Source: the human T2T-CHM13v2.0 reference genome, Homo sapiens
Strand: one strand, 5' to 3'
Length of the DNA stretch: 64,000 bases
Assembly: GCF_009914755.1 (NCBI RefSeq)
Contig: NC_060926.1
Below the pieces are notes generated by a model. That model searched no databases, was not told the DNA's origin, and saw only the letters and a program-made list of their open reading frames with translations. Of this stretch, positions 55,560 through 64,000 are shown one piece after another (position 1 is the stretch's first letter; every line of letters starts with the position of its first letter). The position numbers and the translations under genes are program-made.

Positions 55560-55990
55560 GCAGGGCCTCCTTGCGAGGCTGGCCCTTGGTTGGCTCTGGA
55601 AACTCAGCTTCTAAAAAGTGCCCCATGCTAATGAGGCTGGGCAGCAAACTCAGCCCTACCAGGGTACGATGGGAGTTATGGAGAACACCTGCCTTCTTTC
55701 TGGGAGTCTGGAACCTGAGTAGTTGCGAAGCAGAGGATTCCTACGTGACCAGCCCCCAGTAAAAATTACGGGCAGTGAGTGTCTAAAGGGCTTTCCAGGC
55801 AGAAATACTGCCCATATGTTACTGTATTTTTCACTGCTTGAGAAAGTTGCTCAATCAATGTGTCAGTGTCCCTCACAGGAGGAAGAGCCTGTGCATGGAT
55901 TTCTCCAGAGTCCAACATGTCTTTTTTTGTATTGATCTGTCTGCGTATCTGTCCTCATTCACTGTGATAAATCTTATTCTGAACAGAGAT
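55560..55990 (+). mobile_element. ERVL LTR (MER68/MER21-like)
   Basis: ttctgggagtctggaa...cctacgtgaccagcccccagtaaaaa...gtgagtgtctaa...cactgtgataaatct. Confidence 0.55.
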
Positions 55991-56930
55991 AGGCAGCTAC
56001 CACAGAGGGAGCCCCCAAGGCTCCAACCCACAGCACACAGGCTCAGGATGCTGCACCAGGTAAGGACCACATGGAGCTGAGCTGCTGGCAGAGGGGAGGA
56101 GGCTGTGGGAACCAAGGAAGCTACCAAAGTGAACTTGGGTCTCCGAACTCACCACAGAAGCGGGGACTCCAGGAACTCTGTGGCAGGTTGTTTCTTTCTC
56201 CCTCTACTTTATATGAAAAACACCTGCAGTGACCAACTCAAGACTATGAATGGTCATCACCGCACAATGACATGGTGGCTGCCCCTGTTCCACGTAGGGA
56301 TGCACGTTTTCATTCTGGACAGAGAACAACGGTGAATGCCGACCGTCCTCTGCATTCTCTGGGTGGACAGTCTGGGGCTGTTTTCCACCTGGCCCTTTAG
56401 ATCTCCTCTCTACCATTCCTCCAAGGTGCTCTGTGCCCAGAGGCTGGCTCCTTGCATCCGAGGGGCTCTACTGCCCTCTGACTTCAAGCACAGCTGGGTG
56501 GATGATTGTTCTGCTGGTTCCCTGCATGCGGGTTCCCCATCCCCCTCGGGCTCCATCTGATGCTGGACAGCCTCTTCCATAGCAGCAGCAGCAGCAGCTC
56601 TGGACTCCAAAACCCAGTGCCCCCGCCCTCAACTGCCAGTTTCCCACTGTGGATGGCCTGGGTGTCTCACCATCCTGTTGCTTCCCTCAACCCTGCCCTG
56701 CTCTTTATCAATGGTTCCTTTACGTAACTCTCTTCTGTTCTCTGGTCAAATGTGCCATCTGTTTCCTACGAGGAACCTGACAGCTGCAGCTAAAGCTGAA
56801 TTTTGGGAAAATGGAAATGTTACGGCAAATTCACAAAGTTATACTGATGGAGAGTGCACAACAGAGCCTTCCCGTGGCTTTCCTGTGAAACCCATGTTGT
56901 TTGTACCATGTGACAGGTTCCTGCCGGTTT

Positions 56931-58037
56931 CCAGTTATGCACAGCATGGCGTTTCCATCCACAACAGGTCACATATACAATGTGGTCCTACAAGATTCTA
57001 GTGGAGCTGAACACTTCCTATCACAGCAGCTGTCACAGCGCCGTGGCTCAGCGCATGACTCCCGTGTCTGCGGTGATGTGGCATTGACAAACCTACTGCA
57101 CTGCCAGTCGTGGAAGAGTCCAGCACATACAATTATGTACAGTACAGAATACCTGATATTCTCATCAATGACCATGTTACTGCTTTAGGTTATTTACTAT
57201 ACTAGACATTTCATCGTGATTTTTAGAGTACTCATCTTACTTATTTAAAAAAGTAACTGTACAACAGCCTCAGGCAGGTCCTTCAGGCGGCATCCAGAAG
57301 AAGGCATCATTGTCACAGGAGGTGACAGCTCCACGCGTGTTACTGCCCGTGAAGGCCTTCCAGTGAGAAAGGTGTGGAGGTGGAAGACAGTGATACAGAT
57401 GCTCCCGACTCCAGGTAGGCCCAGGCCACTGTGTTTGTATCTTAACTAACAACAACAACAACAAAAGTTTAAAAAGTAAAAATAAATAATTTTAAAAATC
57501 AGAAAATACTTCTAGAATAAGGATATAAAGAAAGAAAAAAATTTAAGTTTATAAAGAAAGTTATAGTAAGCTAAGGTTAATCTCTTACTGAAGAAAAAAA
57601 CTTTTTATATAAATTTAGTGTAGCCTAATTGTACATTGTTTACAAAGTCTACCACAGTGTACGGTGATGTCCTAGACCTTCACATTCACCCACCACTCAC
57701 TCACTGACTCACCCAGAACAACTGCCAGTCCCGTCAGCTCCACTCACGGTACATGCCCCAGACGGGTGGACCATTTTCACCTTTTATACCATATTATTTT
57801 TTATGTTTAGATACACAAATACTTACCGTCGTGTTACAACTGCCAACAGTATTCAGTACTGTACCATGCTGTACAGGTTTATGGCCTAGGAGCAACAGGC
57901 TCCACCACACCACCTAGGTGTGCAGGTTATAGCATCTACGCTTGTGTAAACACACACTATGATGTTTTCACGATGATGAAATCGCCTAACGACACCTTTC
58001 TTAGAACATATCCCTGTCGTTAAGCAACACAGAACTA
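56931..58037. mobile_element. Tigger3b/MER7-type DNA transposon fossil
   Basis: cagttatgcac...acaaacctactgcactgccagtcgt...caggcaggtccttcagg...ccctgtcgttaagcaacac. Confidence 0.8.
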
Positions 58038-58484
58038 CATACACAAAGCAGTGCTAAGCCCTGTGGTGCTCAATCCTGCAAGGGTGGTGAGCACATCACT
58101 CGGAAGGTCAGCTCTCCCACCAAGGGGCAGGGCACACTGGGAATCTGGCTTACAACAATCAACTGCACTGGGGCATGCACAGAAAAAAATATGAATAGCA
58201 TCTTCAACACGGTTGTCTTTAGGAGGTGGGTTCGTTCAACTTCACTGTAGATTTCCATGAAGCGTGAATTGAGGATAATTAATGTAAATTATTTCTAAGA
58301 TCAGAAAAATACTACTTAAAAAGTAAAAGAAAAAAAGCTTAGTATTAAAGAACAAAAATATTAATGGAGAAATGTAAACACATCATGCATCTACAATCAG
58401 AGTATAATAATATACCATAAACAGTATCATAACATAGTCCCTAAAACTTTAGTACTTATGATATATACACATGGTTCTGAGCCT

Positions 58485-58640
58485 TTCAAATTATTCCCAC
58501 ATTTAATCCCCACAACAGTCCTATGAGGTAGCTTCTATTTTCTTCCTGCTTTACAACAAGGAGACAGAGGCTCAGAGAGGTTAGGCCCCTTGCCCAGGGG
58601 CACAGTGACAGGTGAGTGGCTGAGTCCCTCTCAAGGGATC
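58485..58640 (-). mobile_element. MIR
   Basis: atttaatccccacaacagtcctatgaggtag...ttacaacaaggagacagaggctcagagaggtta. Confidence 0.75.
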
Positions 58641-59041
58641 CTTCTGACCTGGTTATGAAATGGTGAGTCTCTGGTATTACAACAATCATTTTCTTCTCAG
58701 AAATATACTTTTATTTTCTCCTCTTGGTCTCCATCACCTACGCATCCCTGTCCTAAAGTTAAAATTACTCGGAATAAACCAATGTTTGATGGCCCTTGCC
58801 ACAGTTCACAGCAAAGCACACACTGACTTTGCAACAAAAATGGCTGCACAGGGAATAATCAGCTGACTTCAATGACTCAGAGAAACTTCTACATTCAGAC
58901 ACCTCAGAGGACCCCTCTAATTTCTGGTCGGTCGCCCTGTCAATCAGCAAACTCACGGCCCTCAGGTTGAAATGTGTTGTCCACCTGGAGTAGGCACTGT
59001 AACCTTTGGCCATTGTCTCCAGGATGCAGAATATTTATTCA

Positions 59042-59401
<360 letters not shown>

Positions 59402-59912
59402 AAAGACAAGGAAAGCAGGTTTTGTTGTTTGTTTTACTTTCTAATGGAAGATTTGCTAGATTCCTTTCAAAAGACTTTCTAGAGAGCCAATCATTTCAGT
59501 AAGCTACTTTTAGATTAACACCATTTTATACAGTAGTCAGTATATGGAATATAATATATGAAATTTATATTTGTTTTTTCCTTCAATACACATGGCCTAG
59601 CACTCTACCTCACTGCCATAATCTTACATATGGAGGCACAGGCAGATAAAGTGACTTGTCCCAAGTCACACAGCCAGCTAAGGGCTGACCTGACCCTTCC
59701 CGTCTCCTCAGTCTGACATGAGGACCCCACAGTGTGCCTACCTCGCTCACCCTTCAGTATCCATTCCACTAACTAGAAAACTGATTTTGCAAATACTATT
59801 TTAACAGGGGGGCAGGAATTAACAAACTAAGTAGAATGACTAGTTTTTTTTAATGTAAACCTATTTTTTGCTTATTAATGCTGTACTAAAAACATCAAAC
59901 AGAAGTGAACTT

Positions 59913-60194
59913 CTTTTGAGAGACAGAGTCTCTGTCGCCCAAGCTGGAGTACCGTGGCGTGAACACAGCTCATTGCAGCCTCAACCTCCCAGGTTCAAGT
60001 GACCCTCCCACCTTAACCTCCCAAGTAGCTGAAACTATAGGCATGCACCACCATACCCAGATAATTTTTAAATTTTTTGTAGAGATGGGGTCTCACTATA
60101 TTGCCCAGGCTGGTCTCGAACTCCGGGGCTCCAGCAATCCTCCCACTTGAGCTTCCCAACGTGCTGGGTTTACAGACGTGAACGCTGCCTGGCC
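59913..60194 (-). mobile_element. AluJ-type SINE
   Basis: TSD agaagtgaactt / agaagtaaactt. Confidence 0.92.
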
Positions 60195-60377
60195 AGAAGT
60201 AAACTTATTACACATTCTGTTTACATTTTGATCAGTGAACTTTTAGTGACATGTGCAGTGAGCCAGCTGTCCCTCTGGTCATCCTAGGAGACTACTGTAT
60301 CACTCACATCCCATCAGGTAGAGAAAGAAGGTAAGCACCAACGGCCTAAGAACACCAACATCACAGGGCCAAGAACA

Positions 60378-60396
60378 GAGCTGCCATCTGTAGGCA
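60378..60396 (-). promoter_or_regulatory. Candidate CTCF motif
   Basis: Minus strand TGCCTACAGATGGCAGCTC resembles CCnnYAGATGGCAG. Confidence 0.35.
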
Positions 60397-61444
60397 CCAA
60401 CTTCCTAATTTACATCCAAACGTTGAGGAGAGGGAAGTTGAGTGCCCCTGCCATCCTTGTGCCTCCAGGCCCTCGAGAGGCAAAGTGTTGGTGCAGTCTG
60501 CACAGAGCATCCTGGGTAGAGGCAGGAAGCAGCACAGGGCAGGCTCAGGCCAAGGGCTCGAGACTTAACACAAAAGGCAGATCCCCAAATAGCTACTCAT
60601 GTTTCCTGCATTTTCACAAGTCAAAGACCCTCAAATTACTCCAATCTTGATTTATAAATAATCAGAATTATGATACAACAGCACTTCTCATTACAAAATC
60701 ATCTCTGAATTTTGTAGAATTTATAGCCCTAAAAGAAATCAAAGTCACTCACTCCAGATACATCTCCTGAGTGCACGCTGGATATGAGGCCTATACCAGG
60801 AACTGGGCGTTGCAGTGATGAGAAGCAGCAGGGGGTGGGTGGTGGAGGACAGACCCAAGCAGGATGAGATTCCCGGGTGGCCAGCACCAGCCAGGACAGA
60901 AGAGGCAGAGCTGGGGATCACCGGTGGGAAGGTCAATGCACAGAGACACTGCAAGAGGCAGCCGAGGGATATTTGCTGGGTGTGCAGGGTAAAGGTCTGG
61001 GCCAAGACCTACGGTGGTATCCACGCTATCCACAGCTGTGTGACTAGGTACGTCCTCAAGAAACTGAATTCAACGGACGAGACACTGCCCGGGGTCACTG
61101 TGCCTGCCAGAGCCCAGCAGCAGGCAGAAGGAACCAGAAAAAGAGAGCCCGGCCCCAGAAGGCAGCAGCTGGTGGAGGAGTGAGAGAGTGGGGGAGGAGG
61201 AGGGCATGGAACCAGGAGAAGGGAGTGGAGAAGAGGGGCAGCGGTGCTGCTTCCAGGGCCAGGGAGCAGCATGAAGACAGACAAGGGTCTGCCGCATCTG
61301 GAATGGCGAGGCCGTCTCCTTGGCAGGAGCAGTTTCAATAGAGTGGTGCAGATGAAGACAGCTTTTTTCAACCTTACCTAATCGGTATGGTTTTTGTTTT
61401 TCATTTAATAGATACCAAAGAATCCACACAATAGCTGAATGGAT

Positions 61445-62050
61445 ATAAGTCATATCGTATTACTCCTCTGCTTCAAACCCCCAAACGGCATCTCATCTCA
61501 TCAGAAGAAAACCCACCAAACGCACCAAGACCTATCCGCCTTCTGCTGTGGCCTCCCCTCCTAGTCCTACCCCCTTCTGCAGTGGCCTCCCTTCCTAGTC
61601 CTGCCCTCTTCCACCGCGGCCTCCCCTCCTAGTCCTGCCCCATTCCGCCATGGCCTCCTCTCCTAGTCCTGCTCCATTCCGCTGTGGCCTCCCCTCCCCA
61701 CACTTTTTCTGGCCACACTGGCTTGGCTGCTGGGCGCACCTTCCCACCACACTCCTGCCTGAAGAGCCTCTGCACCTGCCAAGCCCCTGCCCTCTGCTCA
61801 CCCCACGGCCCACAGGACCCAATCCTGGCCTCACTTAGGCCTCATCCCGAGAGAGGCCCTTTGTCACCCCTAGCTACTCACCACCCTGTTACTCAGGGTT
61901 ACTTCTCTCCCTGGCCTTTGTGACCTGACGCAGTTTTATCTATTTGTTTACTCTGTCTCACCTACTAAAACACATTTTCAAAGACATCAAGAATTTTATC
62001 TGACACTATATCTCTTAAATCTGGAACGGTGTTGCACATAGTGGAAGCAA
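61445..62050 (+). mobile_element. L2 fragment with an internal ~34-bp pyrimidine-rich tandem repeat (61545-61700)
   Basis: actcctctgcttcaaacccc...; ggcctcccctcctagtcct recurs 4-5 times; 3' end ggaacggtgttgcacatagt. Confidence 0.6.
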
Positions 62051-62257
62051 AATGCCTGTTAAATTAATAATGGCACTCAATAAATTAAGTATCAGACCAG
62101 GGGATTCAGGAGCTGTTTGGAAGAAAAAATACCTCTAAGTATTGGGTTGGTGCTGCTAACACCTAACTTGAAACATAATTATTTCAAACTTCCCTAAGTT
62201 TCCCCATCATGCAAGTAGACCCCAGACATGCAGCAGCCCCCACACAGATGCACTTAC

Positions 62258-62343
62258 AGTAATCGCAGGTGGTATAAAGTGCGATTGTCCTGCTTGAGCC
62301 ACGGCCCTTTATCGAACTTCAGGTATTCAATGTCCTCTACCAC
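62258..62343 (-). CDS. NDUFA10: NDUFA10 coding exon 8: VVEDIEYLKFDKGPWLKQDNRTLYHLRL(L)
   Basis: Acceptor tttttcctgtcttag|GTG and donor TTACT|gtaagtg, 86 nt. Recognised NDUFA10 peptide. Confidence 0.97.
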
Positions 62344-62406
62344 CTAAGACAGGAAAAATTCCAATTTAAACAGAGAACCCCATTTTAGAAATTTAAATGA
62401 AATAAC

Positions 62407-62704
62407 TTTTTTTTGAGACAGGGTCCGGCTCTATCATCCAGGCTGGAAAGTAGTGGCACAATCACAGCACACTGCAGCCTTGGCCTGCTGGGCTCAAGCA
62501 ATCCTCCCACCTCAGCACCTCAGCCTCCCGAGTTGCTGGGACTACAGGCATATGCCACCACACCTGGCTGATGTTTGTATTTTTAGTAGAGATGGGGTCT
62601 CACCATGTTGCCCAGGCTGGTCTCAAACTCCTGGGCTCAAGCGATCCTCCTGCCTCAGCCTCCCAAAGTGCTGGGATTATAGACGTGAGCCACCATGGCT
62701 GGCC
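62407..62704 (-). mobile_element. AluJ-type SINE
   Basis: ttttgagacagggtc...ctcctgggctcaagcgatcctcctgcctcagcctcccaaagtgctgggatt. Confidence 0.92.
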
Positions 62705-63679
62705 AAGAGGTAACATTTTAATACATTATAAGCTATGAATATTTGGCAGGAAGAATCACACCGTTAACAGTCAGAATGGAAGTGAAGCTGGCTGACCTTT
62801 AATGAAATGGTGGGGTTGAGTGTTGCATCACAGTATGGCCTTGCCTAGCTAACACTCAGGGATCAAGTAGGACAGACATTACCCTGCAGGCTGGGAGAAA
62901 AGGACAGGTGAGAACAATGAAGACTAGGGGAGAAAAATCAGCCTTCAGGACAGGCTACTCATTTCTTCCCAAGTAAGTTCCTTCTAAAAGGCAAAACCTA
63001 GCCCCTCAAAATGACAAAAGAATAAGATACAAACCCATTACCTAGAGAGACCTAATGATCTAGGTGCCCGGCCTCAAGGCTGGCTGTCTACACAGTCTGA
63101 CTTTCCAGAGGAGTAATCTTTCCATACGCATTCTCTCCTCACAACAGGCCAAACTCATGAACCCTCTTTAGTTTCGGGAATTTGAGTAAATTCAAAAATG
63201 AACTCAAATAACATAGTATTGGAGACAAAACGTATTATTCTTCTTCTAAGATACATGCCACCTAAACAGTCTCTCAAAGGTATATAAATACTCTAAAAAC
63301 AGAAACAGAAGGCGGAGGAGAAAATGAAATGTAATTTAATCAGTCTGAGTAGAATAAACCAAGGTCTCAAAAGAACTTTACAACTGGTAGTAGGAGAGCC
63401 TGGGCGAGAATGCAGGGCTTCCCTCTGCAAGGAGAATGCTACTCTCTGTGCAGAAAAGCTCAGTCAACCTCCCTCTTCTCACCCTCCCAATGCTGAGAGG
63501 CAACTGAAGCACGCTTGTCACCCCAGCAGCCAACTATGCAAAGCTTCTCTGTTACACGGGCACCACTCACACTTCAAGACCAGATCCTGAAACTTGTATT
63601 TTCTTCTAGAATTGTTACACCTCGTTTTGTTTTTAGTAATTTATGCTTAATATATAAAATACAAAATAAAAAACTTGTT

Positions 63680-64000
63680 TTTTAACAAATGGATGCTCAG
63701 TTGCCTCAGTACCATTTAGGAAACAATTTTCCTCTACTTCATTTTTGTAATTATCCTTTAAGGAACTAACTTTGCCAAACTGAAGATACTTACACACAGG
63801 TGCATACATGTTTCTGGACTCTTGTTTTGTTCCATTAAGCTCTTTATTAATTCTTGCATTAACACCACAATGCTCTCCTTACTACAATCGTATAGTTTGT
63901 TTTTGTATGTGAGAGGGCAAATGTTCTTTCGTTATTCTTCTTCAGATGTTTTAATGTTTGTCTGGCTGTTATTCATAAAGTTCCCTGAAAACTACACCAA
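63680..64000 (-). mobile_element. Old L1 ORF2 fragment (antisense)
   Basis: cagttgcctcagtaccattta...tttctggactcttgttttgttccatt...accacaatgctct. Confidence 0.6.

Overview
Human (primate) genomic DNA from the 3' half of NDUFA10 (complex I accessory subunit, minus strand; from recall, chr2q37.3). Three coding exons are visible (62258-62343, 47137-47245, 18204-18272). They have canonical AG/GT sites and splice in frame to the known C-terminus VVEDIEYLKFDKGPW...GDKWIWLK*. A 3'UTR with proximal and distal AATAAA signals follows, and the MIR4786 hairpin lies at 100-179. The rest is intronic or downstream DNA filled with Alu, MIR, L1, L2, MaLR/ERVL LTRs, DNA-transposon fossils and many local tandem duplications. 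Nearly all ORF-track entries are spurious. I found no convincing new multi-gene system. The best leads are: two in-frame candidate alternative last exons (one from antisense L1, one with a 21-bp coding repeat); a 112-bp templated insertion flanked by a 13-bp direct repeat; a 12-copy minisatellite inside an MST LTR; an E-box-rich VNTR; and a perfect hairpin at an L1 deletion junction. Repeat boundaries and subfamily names are by eye and approximate.
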